Assembly (NCBI RefSeq): GCF_036321535.1
Contig: NC_087436.1
Location: 119,600,001 to 119,664,000, forward strand
Reading direction: 5' to 3'
Length of the DNA stretch: 64,000 nt
DNA from: Camelus dromedarius
Taxonomy: Eukaryota
The position numbers and the translations under genes are program-made. The notes beneath the pieces are model-generated. The model searched no databases. It was not told the origin of the DNA and worked only from the letters and a program-made list of their open reading frames with translations. Of the stretch, positions 13,041-24,827 are shown piece after piece. Every line of letters starts with the position of its first letter. Position 1 is the stretch's first letter.

Positions 13041-13899
13041 GCCTCAGGAAAGGGCTTTGCAAGAACCATTTTGAAGAAGTATCCCATGCTTCTCTGTTAG
13101 TCTTGATTAAGGCAGGAGGACTTTCCAAGAAAAACAGTGAGTTTTGATTAACCTCCAAGCTGGGATCCCACAAACCATGATTTTCAACCAAAATTTTATT
13201 TGTGGAAAATTTTATTTTTGAAAAAAAAGTTAACTGTACAAAGCACTTGAATTTAAAAAAATCAATCGCATAGTCAATAATTTGGTAGCAAAACTTGATA
13301 TCTGATATGAATCTTAAAGGCAAGAACACAGTGAGTTCCCTTTCAAAATGTTTATTAAAATTGAAGGCTTTGAAAACCTCTTCTCCAGACAACTTATAAT
13401 CATGAGGCCCTCGGCCTTACACAGAGAGAGCGTTATGGAATATCATGGTCCTCAGACTCTTGCCAACTGCTTTTGGCTGCCTATATGATGCCAAGGAACC
13501 ATATGGAAAGTGAAAAATTCAGGAAAAATCTGGATGCCCTGTCTACGTGACAACAAATAACCAGATATTTGGAAACAAGAGATTTTGGATTAAATCTTGA
13601 GTCATCCTCTGGGAACTCCTAAATGCGACCTGAGAGGCATTTATGGCGTTACCTATTTTATCTCTTCCTTGTCTTTTTCTGGGTGGTCTCACTCCACAGT
13701 CATGCCCAGATCGGTATTTCAAGCCTTGATACCCTTGCTGGTCACCATTTCCAAAGGCCCCTGGAGCCTCCTTGCCGGTGTGACAGTGACAAGTGGGGCT
13801 CACCAAATGTCCATGTGTCCTACCTCTGCAACCTCCCGTGCAGGTAGGTGGAGGCCGTGGACCCAGGTTCTGGCCAGGGGGTGCGAGTGATGCAGTGCT

Positions 13900-14128
13900 C
13901 CCAGGTCCAGGCCTCACAAAACACCCTGTGAGGGTCTCGCTTTCTCTCCTCTGCCCCTGTGACCCTGGAGGCCATGTGTTCCGGACGGCAGAGCTACAGG
14001 GTGGGAGAGGGCCAGTTGACCTGCATCAGACTTTGTGAGTAAGTGAGATGCACCTTTCTTTGGTGACCCCTCTGAGATTTGGGGTTCTTCGTTACTGCAG
14101 CCCGGCCTAGTCTAGCCTGACTAATACC
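13900..14128 (+). mobile_element. MaLR LTR fragment (old MLT1)
   Basis: Ends with 'ctgagatttggggttcttcgttactgcagc...ctagcctgactaatac', a typical MLT1 3' terminus. Confidence 0.55.
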
Positions 14129-14129
14129 T

Positions 14130-14750
14130 CCAGGGTGGCCCACAAACACCTTCCCCCTCAAACGTGTTCCCTAACAAGGGACTTGGCATCCTTCTTCTCA
14201 GCCTCCCTCAGAACCTCTTTGACTCCTCCTGCTTTCTCATCCTGCCCAGCAGGTTCTGGGGACCAACCTCTATCTCCCCCTCTCCCTTGCTGCCCACTGT
14301 CTGGTCAGATCTTGTCATCACTCACCTGGACCAAGGCCACGGCCCCCAGCAGGTGCCCCTGTCTCTCTCCCAAGCTCCAGCTTTCATAAGCTGCCGAAAC
14401 ACAAATCTGATCAGGTTGTTCCTTTTCTAGAAGGTTCTCTTTGACCTCAGGAGCAGGCACAAGCCTGGAGCCTCTAGGCCCACGCTCTTCTAGTCTACAG
14501 CCACTGCTCCAACCTGCACGGCCAGGCCCGTCTGCCCCGTGCTGTGTGGACCCTGCACCTTTATCCTTTGTCCTCCGTATGTGCTGCACTCTCTGTGTTA
14601 CTCCAGCCAGTCCCTCCTCGTCGTTCAAGACCCGCTCGAATGCTTTTTTCTGACACCAACACCCCAGGCAGCCTCAGTCCTCCTCCCTCTTCCTTCCACT
14701 GTGCTCAGCGCATACTTCAGTAACAGCCGTGTTCTCTAGGGTGTTCATGC
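14130..14750 (+). mobile_element. L2 fragment
   Basis: Pyrimidine-rich, with 'catcactcacctggacc', 'acacaaatctgatcaggt' and 'ctcgtcgttcaagacccgctcgaatg' L2-like motifs. Confidence 0.5.
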
Positions 14751-15988
14751 TGTTAAGCAGAAATAAAGAACCAGAGGGTCAAAAAGTTGAGGGGAGGAAC
14801 TGAATTAATCAAAGTCAAACAGATTTTTAAATCGCTGAACTTTTCAGTCCTTGGTATGCTCACGTCATGGGAGGGAGTCAGTGGCATTTCCTCAACTGCA
14901 GATACGTTTCCGAAGGGTGTCTCAGGGGGCTCGTGTTCTGTGGAAGTTCTAAAGTAGCCCCCCTCGCACCCCCACTGCCCGCCCCATTTTACATATGGGG
15001 AAACTGAAGCCCAGAGCACATAGCCAGGGGGCTGCTCTGCTGGCAGACGGTGGGCCCTCTGGTCAGGGCCACCTGCCCACCTAGCATCCGTGCTCGGCCC
15101 CTGGCCTCGGGGAACATTTGCCTTATAAATGAACAGGCACTGTGTCCCAGCTGGGGCACCCAGGGGTCTGGACCGAGACCGTCACCTCATCACACAGATG
15201 AGGTACGCATGACTGAAATGGGTCATTCTGTCACTATCCCACGGGAAGGCCTTCTCTCTGCAGCATACACCTCACAAATGCTCTTGTAAGCATTTTGCAG
15301 ACACTTGTTTATCTGCATGACAGCCTATGACGCAGGGGCCCCTACCCTTCTCTGAGGCACAGAGACATTCAGTGACTTACCCGGAGCCCGGCAGGGCCAG
15401 GACCTGAGTTCGGCTCCCGTCCCCACCTCCGAGTTCACTTTCCCCCGACAGTCATTAATTACACCCTGACTGAGCTGGGTGCTTTCAGACACAGGACAAC
15501 CACCTCCGAGGCAGGTGTTGTCACTGCCCTCACAGCCACTTCTGAAACATTGCTATTAGCTCCCTTGTCCTGAAGATCTGCCACTCTCCAGCCGTGTGAT
15601 CTAGGGCAGGTTACTTAACCTCTCTGGGCCTCAGATGCCTTGTTTCTAAAATCAGAATAACTATGCACCAAAACAGTGGCACATGGGAGGCAACCGACAA
15701 GTTCTGCCCTCTCCCCCAATTCCAGTGAACCCTGGTGTGTGGTGCAGGGGTTTGGGGTCGGGGGACTTGCCTTCAGCCATGTGAGTGAGACTGAGGAGAG
15801 GCCAGGTCCACCAAGGCTGGCTGTGTCCCCCCTCTTTGCCCTCCGGTCTTTTTAGGTTCCTTCCGTCACAGACTTCCTTGGGCTTCTACTACAGGCCAGG
15901 GCCTTTTGGCCTCAAGTCTCCAGCCCCTGCTTTCCTCCCCAAGGACAGTTTCTGTTTGATTGCAGGCCACCCCTAAGCCCGGCCCTCC

Positions 15989-16523
15989 TGTTACCCAGCG
16001 CAGGCCCAAGCAGCTCTCCACTCAGAAATCAATACTCAGGAGAGGTGACTGTTGGTAGAAGGAAAGCTGCTTTTAATCACGGTGCTGGCATCTAGGGAGG
16101 TGGTGGGCTCCGCAGCCCCCAAGGGTCATCTCCAAAGACTCTGCTTGACCATGAAAGTTTCTTAAAGGGAAAGGGGAAGAAATCTCAGTTAATCATTGAA
16201 ACGCGGGTCAGAGTCATCACCACCCCCACCGTGCGTGCAGGCTTGTTGACTTCTCGTGATTTTTCTTTAGACACTGTCTTGTTTGCATAGTTTGTTCACG
16301 AGATGATCAGGGAGGCGATCTGGTCATCTGTCAATTACTTATTCTTCATTTCTACTTCTTTGGTTTACGGAAAGAACCGACAGGTTAGGCACGGTATCGT
16401 GTGATCAAAAGATCTGAAATGTGTGCTAGGGTCAGAGGTCAGTAGGGCATGGGGTGCTGGGTTTAAGGGTAGTGACAAAGGGGTCTCCTGTAGAGAGCTC
16501 TTCCCTGCCCAAAGCTGGCTACG
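15989..16523 (-). mobile_element. ERV1-class solo LTR (~535 bp)
   Basis: Ends TGTTACC...GCTACG (TG..CA with one substitution). 4-bp TSD CTCC at 15985-15988 and 16524-16527. Minus-strand ATTAAA at 16072-16077. Composition differs from the flanks. Confidence 0.65.
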
Positions 16524-18725
16524 CTCCTCCCCTCTGCCCTGTCTGCTGGAGTGACCAAACTGGGCTCTGGCCCCAGATGTACTGACGGGGGATCCCACTT
16601 CTCCAGGCCTGTAGGGGCTCCTACAGGGTCACCAGGAGATGACCACGAACCATAATGCTCTGAGGACCTGAGGGCTCACTTCTGAGCCACACTCCAACCC
16701 AGTAAGAAAGGGGCATCATGGGTGGTGAGGGTAGAGAAAGTCACTCCCACTCCTGCCAGCACTGGCCAGAGCCGCTCACTGCCCCAGTATCTGTCCGCAC
16801 AGGGCTTTGTGGGGGCATGCAGAGAGGAGGGGAGCAGGGGGCTCAGGCCCCACTGCCTGTGCTTCCAGGCTGCATGGGGTGGGCTGGTCACCGTCACCGT
16901 GGGAGCCTTGGTCTCACTGGGAATCAATGGAGCTGATAATCATCCCAGCCGCATAGTGTTGGGGAAGATTAAAGATGTGAAAGCTGAGGCAGAGGGGCCA
17001 CCCCAGGCCCACCCCACCCCCTGGTGCTCATTAGCACACAGGGACACATGAGTTCTTCAGCTGGGTGCTGTGGGTCACGGCCCGCTGTCACCCCCTCCCT
17101 GCTCGTGGACACACGGGCGAGCACCTCTGCCGTGTCAAGTGGTGCCGCAGTTCCCGCTTCCGTGAAAAGATGATGGTGGGTCCGTCCCCCAGGCACAGCC
17201 GAGGCAACAGCAAGGCAGCCCTGCCAAGCGCCCGGGGCAGAGCCGGGGTGGAGGGCCCTGGGGGAGTGTTGCCACTTGTGCTGCAGCGTCACTGCCCGGC
17301 CCGTCCCCACCGCTGTGCTGACTGTCCTGAGGCTGGGCACCGGCTCTGGTCATTGTCTGCTCCCCCAGCACTGTGGGGGATGCTCGAGGGACCAGGGAGC
17401 CTCCGTTTCCACATGCCCTGCCCGCCCCTCCCTGCCCTCAGCCAGTGGAAGCCGGGGTTCCCCTAACGTCCAGGGCACGTCCCGCCTGGTCCCTCTGCCG
17501 GGAGCGTTCTTCCCTATCTCTCCCCCAGCTCCCGTTTATGCCGCCAGGGATTTGGTCCGGTTCGTTCCCTGCTTTCTCCCTGGGGCCTGGAATCATGCCA
17601 GGCACATAGCAGGTGCTCAGTAAACATTTGATGAACGGAAGAAATGGACCGACCTGTTTGCAGTGCGCTAGCTTTGCAGTGTCCGTGATTCAAGAGAGCT
17701 CTGATGGCCGGGAAGTGGCTGATTGTCATCTGGCCTCTGTCTACTTTGGGCCTCCTGCCTGGCTGGCCTCTCACACATCAGGGGTTTGGCCGACCCACAG
17801 CGCTGGTTCTCCAGTGGATGGACGTCCTTGCCTCTGCTAAAAAGCAACTGCTACCGCCACCGCCACCCCCTTAAAACGCGCCACCTGAGGGGCTGCCGCC
17901 CCCTCCTCCCTGTCTCCCTCCCTCTTGGCTCAAGGTGCCAGCCCAACGGCTGTCTCACAGCGGGGCCTTGTCTTCCTCCTATGTCTGGACACGTTTCCCT
18001 TCTGTCTCAGGATCAGGCTTTTGTTCCTGGCCCAAGTTAACAACCTGACCAGCCGTCCCCACTGCTGTCTCTGTCTCCCCTGACGACCTGACCGTGAGAC
18101 TGTGGAGCCTGATCCTTCTCGAAACCACCGCCTCTAGCCCTGGTCACTCCCGGAAAGTCGTCAGGAGACTTGCTGCAGGCCGCCGCAGCCCTCCCGCCCG
18201 GAGCAGCTGCAAAACTTCTAGGTGTCACTGGAGGCCAGGCTGGGCGTCTGAGGGAGCGCCTGGGGCTCCCCTCTGTGGAATCCAGCCCCCCAACAGCGTG
18301 TCCCCTCAGTCTCCCTCCTGCCGGGTCCCCCATCGTCCCTGGTGAGGGTGGCTCAGGGACCCCTTGACCGTCTCTGAGACGGGCCCACTCGGGGAGCCGT
18401 ATACGTTGAGCTTTGTCACGTTTATAATGATAAATTAAAACATGATCACTAGAGAGCTTTGATAATTTAAAACAGCTTGAAACTTTTAACGAGCAAATGG
18501 TCTGATTAAAATTTGGAGAGAAAGTACTTCTTCTCCTTTTTGGATGGGAGCATTGTCTTGGAACGGGGAAGCACGTGTGGATCTTGAAGCGAAAAGATTT
18601 GGACTGGGGTACCAGGGGCTCCCACTTAAGCTCTCAGGAAAGGTACCGCTTACTGTGATCCAACCACGTGCCAGGTGCTTGGCACCTGTTCTCTCTCGAA
18701 TCCTTATAAAAGGCTGTGTTGCAGG

Positions 18726-19035
18726 CCGGTGGCTCAGGGCTCGCTGCACATTCGAATCACCTGGGAGTTTAGAGAGGCCCCTCCCCACCAGAGATAGAGA
18801 GGTCAGGGTTGGATCTCGGACACTGGTATTTTTCTAAAGTTCTCCACGTGATTCTAATGTGCAGCCCGGACTGAGAACCATGGGTGTGTCAGAACCACCC
18901 AGAGGGCCTTGGATCGGGGCCCCGCCCCAGAGTTTCTGGTTCTGTAGGTCTGGGGTGGGCCCAGAAATCAGCTTTATAACCAGTTCCCATGAATGCTGAT
19001 GCCACTGGTCCAGGGATGACACATTGGGAGCCCTG
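18726..19035. mobile_element. Two adjacent MER5-type (hAT-Charlie) MITE fragments
   Basis: 'gctgcacattcgaatcacctgggag...gtgattctaatgtgcagcccggactgagaacca' (palindromic, MER5B-like), then 'cccagagtttctggttctgtaggtctggggtgggccc...gctgatgccactggtcc' (MER5A-like). Confidence 0.7.
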
Positions 19036-21082
19036 ATTCTGGGCGGTGCTGGTCCATTTTACAGGTGAGGCAATTTATGAAACACAGAGGTGAGGTTGGG
19101 ACACGCTCAGGGCACCCAGTTGGTACATGAGGACGTGGGCCTTTGAGTCCTTTGGGTGAATTACTGGCCCCCTGTGTAGCTTCACCTTCCTCATCTTTAA
19201 GTTGGGGAAAATAATACCCTTCACAGAGGTCAGAGGTTCAGTGAGTTCCTCCGTCTAGGACAGTGCCTGGCGCAGAGGCGGCTCACAAGTGGTAATGTCA
19301 GTTACTGTTGCTACTGTCACCTGGAAGGATGGGTTGAAGGGCGGCCCCTCAAGCAGCCTTCCTTCCAAAGCCCCAGACGGCAGCTCCCCCTTCCTCTGGC
19401 CCCCAGACACCTCCTTGGGAGCTTGTGTTTCCCTGATGTCACTGTCTGTTTACCCGTGTGCCTCCCCCATCAGATGGTGAGTGCTTCAGGAGTGGGACCA
19501 GGTCAGATTCCATCTGGATCCCAGTGCCCTGCACAGAGCTGAGGAGGGCGGATGGCTGCCTTAGGATCTTGGTGTTGTGAAGAATCAGGTGTTAGAGACC
19601 CTCAAGAGGGTTTAATATTTATTCCATGCACCTTGAGGCTGGGCGCTGAGCCCCAGCGTCCATGTGTGGCCCAGCTCCCAGGCCAATGCCTCCATCAGCG
19701 TTCATGCCCCGCTGCCTCCTGTGCCCTTCGCCAGCTCAGTGGGCACTGCAGACACTGCCCCTCTGGCCTCGGGAGACTCCCTTGCACGCGGGGGTCAGAC
19801 TGGATGCCTGATTGAAGCTCTCCTTTGCTCTCCACACTTGACCGTGTCTTTCCCTTGCATCGGAGTCCCCGAGTCCCTGCCGCGGGTTACAGAGGTGGAT
19901 GAGCACAGGAGATGGGAGGCACCCAGAAGTGGGTTTCCCTCCACTGCCCCCTCCTCAGTCGCTGCCGGCCCATGCCCAGGCACTGCAGCCTCTCTCTGGT
20001 CCTGGACAGTCATGACCCGAGGAGCTTCCTGCACCTGTCCTCCCAGCGGGCAGAGTGATGGCTGGAAGAACACCACTGGCCTCCCTCCCCTGCCTGAAAC
20101 CCCCTGGCCGGATGCTTTGCAGCCGTCTGCGAACACACATCAAGCCCAGCGCCTTCCTCCCCAGGAGGCCCAGCTGCTCCGGGCTGGGCTGGGGCGCAGT
20201 GCTCCCCACTCTGCTGACAGCTCTCCTGCTGTGCCCACGCCAGCCCCTCTCCCTCTCGGCTCAGTCACCTGCCCCCAGCACCCCTGCCGTCCACATCCCA
20301 GGCCTGCCGCACTTTCTCCTGGGTATGCAGCACTGTCTGGGCTTTCCTGGGGATCCGAGGACATGTGCTCCTCCCCAGCACAGGGGACTCGTGTGTCTCC
20401 CTCCTCACTATGTCCCTGGTCCAGCAATGTTTGTGGGCTGGATGATCCGGACGGAATCACAACATTGCTGAGCTTTGGATTCAGAGAAGGGACGAGTCAG
20501 TCCTGCCCTTCTGAATGCCTTGGGGCCTTATTGGAGCAGAGGCAGCCGGTTGTTCTGGAAGGAGTGCTGGTGAGGCGTCATGACATTCCAGGCCTGGACC
20601 CTCTCCCCAACTTGTTGGGACATGAACCAAGTCACTAATGATGTGGCCTCCCTCTGAGCCTGGGGGCCGTGTGTATCCATATTAGGCTCCCTCTGGTGAG
20701 CTCTTTCCAAGCCTCAGAGGGGTAAGCTGCCCAGAGCCCTGCTTGGATGGCAAGTGATGGGGACGGGGTGGAAAGAGCGCCACTTTGGGGCCAGAAAACC
20801 AGCCTGGAGTCTGGCCTCTGACTCTGGCCAGGGGACCTTAAGCAGTCACCACTCTGAGTCTGTCTCCTGGTCTGTAAGATGGGGACCATCATACCTGTCC
20901 CACAGCCTGGTGGTGAGAATTACATATGCTCACCTGCAACATCACCCACCCCAAGAGCAGAGGCCTCGTCTTCTTTTCCAGAACACAGCCAGCCCCTGGG
21001 GAAGCCCAGCATGTAGTAGGAGCTCAGTAATCTGTCAGTGTCCAGTTTTCTTGAGGACAATACTTAGAGACCTTCCTTTATT

Positions 21083-21113
21083 GAAAAACAAGACAAAACA
21101 AAACAAAACAAAA
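21083..21113 (+). repeat. (AAAAC)n microsatellite
   Basis: gaaaaacaagacaaaacaaaacaaaacaaaa. Confidence 0.8.
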
Positions 21114-22098
21114 TGACTGGAAGAGTCATTGGAGATGGTGCAGGCCCCCTCCCTTTACAGCTGGGGAGGTGGACATTCAGCCAGTGTCAGAGGGCCCGTT
21201 GGCGAACTTGTGTCTAATCTTGGACAGGCGCGCTCTCCTCTGACTGCCATGCAGTGCCTTCCCTGCCAGCCACTGTCTGCAGTATTGGTTTGTTTGTAAG
21301 CTTCTTTGCAGTGCCCCCTCCCTGTTTGCCTCGTCACCCCCCCATCAGCCCTGCACTGACCCTGTTCTGTTCTCTGCTCCCTGTGCTGGACCAGATGTTC
21401 CCACAGCTGCTGACTCCCCCTTCTCCCCTGGCCCTGGGCCTGAGCTGGAAGTTTCGCATCTGACACGTTGGGAATTTACACCGTGGAAGGGGCGAGGGCA
21501 CATTCCAAGGTATCCAACTTCTTAGACATCTAGCCACGCCCCTGTTCCCCACCCCAGTGCCGGGCAGGGTGGGCCCAGTCTGTTACGGGGTATGACTCCC
21601 GGCGGTGAACCTGGGGTGAGCAAGCAGAAGAGAGGGCGCTGGGTGCTTGAGCTCTGGGGGCCAGACGGAAGCCCTACTCTCTATCTTTCCTGAACGTTCG
21701 TGGCTTTGCTCCTCTGCCCTGTTAGGCTCTCTCTCTCTGGAGCAAAGAGACCCAGCTGGGAGGTGGATGTGACAGGAACCCTGGGCCTGAGGATTTTTAT
21801 CTAATGTCAGGGCCACCAGGTTGGGATGGAGGCAGGGTGGCCCCTGGCCGGGCAAAGGATGCAAAGCTGACCCTGACTCTGACCTTGCCTCGGAGAAGCT
21901 CCCCCTCCTGTCTCTTTTCCCTGAGGCCAACGTGGAGCACGTGGTGGGTGCTCAACGAGGTCACATTGAAATCTGTCTAAAGTAGGTTCTTGACCTTGGT
22001 GGAGACTTTCTGTGCTCTGGGCCTCCATTTCCACAGTCCGCACTGCGGCCTGCCAGGCGCTGCCCTGAGTGGGACCCTGTCCTCGCCCTCTGGCCCCT

Positions 22099-22125
22099 GG
22101 GGTTGGGGTTGGGGTTGGGGTTGGG
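22099..22125 (+). repeat. (GGGGTT)4GGG tandem repeat, G-quadruplex-forming motif
   Basis: ggggttggggttggggttggggttggg read directly from the sequence. Confidence 0.85.
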
Positions 22126-22369
22126 ACATAAAGTCTGCAGTGACTGTGCAGAAGCATAAGCCACAGGCGTGGCTGCACGGGGGTCAGCCAGGTGAGCTGG
22201 AAGCTGCTTTCGGGTCTTCACAGTACTCCCGCTGCCTGCCAGGGTCTCTTGCTGGATATTCCAGATGCTGGGTTCTGTCTCCATTGTCAGCCTTTCAGAG
22301 GCCCCTACAGGAGAGCAACCCTCCCCTCCTTACAGTCTGGCTTAGTTCTGGCTCCCTGGAGTGATTCTG

Positions 22370-22570
22370 TCCATGAACATGTTCACTTGAGTGTGATCTG
22401 TTTTGCAGGGACAGGCACCTGGCTCTGCTCACCTCTGTATCCCCAGGGCCTGGAACTTGGCTGGCCCGGAGTAGGTTCTTAGTAAATAAAGGAAGAAAGG
22501 TTGGGAGGAAGGCCAGAGGGCGGGAGAGAAGGGAGGGAGGGAGGGAAGGAGCAAGGAAGGGAAGAGAGGG
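22370..22570 (+). mobile_element. L2 3' end followed by a purine-rich (GGGA/GGAA) tract
   Basis: 'gcagggacaggcacctggctctgctcacctctgtatccccagggcctggaac...gtaggttcttagtaaataaaggaagaaagg'. Confidence 0.55.
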
Positions 22571-22851
22571 ATCTGTGGCCTGTGGCCGCACAGTGTGGGG
22601 GCGAGCTCCAGGACCTCCAGGCCCTGGTCTCCAACGGCTGGCGCTCGCTCTGGCGGGCGCGGGGCTGGCCGGCAGGTGGCGGTGCGCCATCGGCTGCGCG
22701 GGTGGTGGCGGCTGAGCGGCGAGTCCCCTCCTCCCGCCGGCTCCCTCCCCTCGCCGGCTCCTTTCTCTGCGCTCTCGCTCCCCAGCGCCCTCCACTCTCC
22801 CGGCCGCGGTCTCCCTCGCCCGTGTCGCTCCGCCGCCGCCCCTCGGCGACC

Positions 22852-22954
22852 ATGGCGCACCGAGGGCCCCCGCTAGTCCCGAAGGGCCCCGGCTCCGCCG
22901 CCCAAGCCCCGAGCCCCTGGGCGCCGCCGCCGCCGATGCGCTCGCCGCGATCGC

Positions 22955-22987
<33 letters not shown>

Positions 22988-23346
22988 CCGCCTGCGGGGC
23001 GGCGGGGCGCTCTCCGGAGCCCGGGCGCCTGGGTCCCCGCGCCCGGCTGATCCGGGCGCCGCCGAGCCGGCCGGGGCGTGCGCTGCCCGGCGGCGGCAAG
23101 GACCGGCAGGCGCGCGGCGTGGAACCCGGCGCTCCAGGTCCCGGTCCCGCTCCGGGTCCCAGTCCCGCTCCGGGTCCCGGCGAGGACGGCTCCCCCGCTG
23201 CGGGCCAGGGGCGCTGGGCGCGGGCGGCGCCGCTGGCCGGAGCAGCTTCACGGGCGCAGGTCTCGCTCATCAGCACGTCGTTCGTGCTCAAAGGGGACGC
23301 GACGCACAACCAGGCGATGGTGCACTGGACGGGGGAGAACAGCAGC
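22852..23346 (+). CDS. SORCS2: SORCS2 coding exon 1 (signal peptide, propeptide, start of the VPS10 domain); partial CDS
   Basis: Strong Kozak gcgaccATGG. Translation MAHRGP...RSPRSRLLLLLLLLLLAACGAAGRSPEPGRLGP...RAQVSLISTSFVLKGDATHNQAMVHWTGENSS matches the SorCS2 N-terminus. 495 nt, followed by the canonical donor AGC|GTAAGT (phase 0). Confidence 0.96.
22957..22986 (+). repeat. Uninterrupted (CTG)10 encoding the poly-Leu core of the signal peptide
   Basis: Counted directly; gives L10 in the translation. Confidence 0.9.
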
Positions 23347-24827
23347 GTAAGTGACCTCCGCGCGCCCCCCGCGGGCCCTTCCCCGGACACCTCGGAGCCC
23401 CCCACTTCCGCACGGCCCGGCTGTCACCCCGGGCATCCTCAGAGACGGGGACGCGAGTCATCTCGGCGGCGCCCCTACGGGCCCCTGGCCACCGGTTACT
23501 TGGGAAGAGGTCCCCAGATATGTGGGCATCCGGCCTCACCTCGGGGGACATTTTTCACTGATTTCCAAGACTCCGAGCCACCTCAGGAGCACCCCCTCTG
23601 GCCTCCAGATTCCAGGTTGAGGGGGTGTCTCCAGAGGTTTCAGGACCCTGGCTGCCATGGGGCGCCCCTAGGCACTTCAGGATCGCTCCCAACTCGGTGT
23701 TGCGTCTCGATCTCCTTCGGACTCCACCGGGTCCTCTCCGTGTTGCTTTAGGATTTTTGGCTCCAGGACCCTCTCTACCCTAGTCTACTTGGGACCTCTC
23801 TTGTGGCACCTCCACGGGCTCCAGGACGTCCTGGGTCAGCCTGGCGTCCGATTCTGGGACCCTCGATTCTGGGGCCACCCCTCTCCCCAGATTCCTGTAG
23901 TCTGACTGGCGGCTGCCTTGAGGACCTGGCCACCGGACGCACCTGGATGCGCCGGGATCTGTGTACACACGGAGTTGGGCTCCACGCTGCACTCCAGACC
24001 TGTGGCCACAAACTCCTTTCTCTCCCTGCCCTCCCCACCTTCGCGGCTATTTTGGCCTTGCTCCAGCTGGGAGTTGGCCATCCCCTGCCCTGCAAGGCCA
24101 CTTCTGTTAGGGTCTTCCAGTGCCTCCTTCCACCACAGCATCCTGCCTCTTCCTTTTTGGTGGTGTGTCCCAGGGTATAGGGACACCCTCATATTCTTAC
24201 CCTCCCATCCCGCTCTGTTCCTGCCCGATCAGATGACCCATGATCACGATGGGGTCGCCTCCAGGCAGCCCTACCTGGGTCATTTCTAGTTGGGGAGAGG
24301 GAGTGGTGCAGGGAGGTGGCAGCTGTGTGTGTGGGTGGGGGGTGGGTGCTGATGGAATGGGGAGAGGAGATGGGAGCCCCTCCTCATTCCCTTCCATCAG
24401 TGTCCACTCACTGTCCAGTGGCTGACCCCCAGCTCTTCTCCTTGACCACTGCTCGCCAAAGTTCCGAGGACGCAGCATAGGGCCAGGACTATTGGCAGTG
24501 GAGGGGTGAGGATCCATGCGCTGCTTTAGTCAGGGTAGGGCTGCCGAGCTGGGAGACGCTTTTACCCACCTCCTCTGTCTAGCCTTGCTGGGGGGCTCTG
24601 AGGTGGGGAATTCTGCTGGAAAAGGGGTAGGGTGAGTGGATGAATATGTTGGGGCAGGGGGCAGCACTGGATGGGCCTGACTGGCCTAGAGTCCAGTGCC
24701 CTGCCGGGCTCCCTCCGCTACCAGCTTCTCGCGCAGACGCCAAGTCTCTGGTCTTTTCTGCCATCTCCAGTCAGACGAGAAGCCCTGGGGGGAGGGGCGG
24801 GGGTGGAGCTGACGCCCTGGGCACCGC

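Larger units (their letters stand above)
22590..23490. promoter_or_regulatory. SORCS2: CpG island: SORCS2 promoter, 5' UTR and exon 1
   Basis: Very high GC with dense unsuppressed CpG and GC boxes. No TATA box seen, and no upstream AUG between 22501 and the start codon. Confidence 0.9.

Noticed and set aside
19664..20638. 324-aa ORF
   Set aside because: GTG start, Pro/Ser/Ala-rich, no recognisable domain, and no retrogene hallmarks (poly(A), TSD).
22099..22125. Interstitial telomere or ciliate contamination
   Set aside because: Only 4.5 units, not TTAGGG, and embedded seamlessly in mammalian sequence.
22295..23405. Antisense ORFs of 318 and 308 aa with poly-Ala/poly-Ser
   Set aside because: Shadow frames of the GC-rich exon and the CTG repeat; low complexity and no recognisable domain.
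22501..23751. 416-aa ORF as a single-exon protein or N-terminal extension
   Set aside because: Only 22852-23346 resembles SorCS2. The upstream part starts at TTG in a purine tract and the downstream part reads through a canonical splice donor. Stop-free frames are expected in CpG islands.
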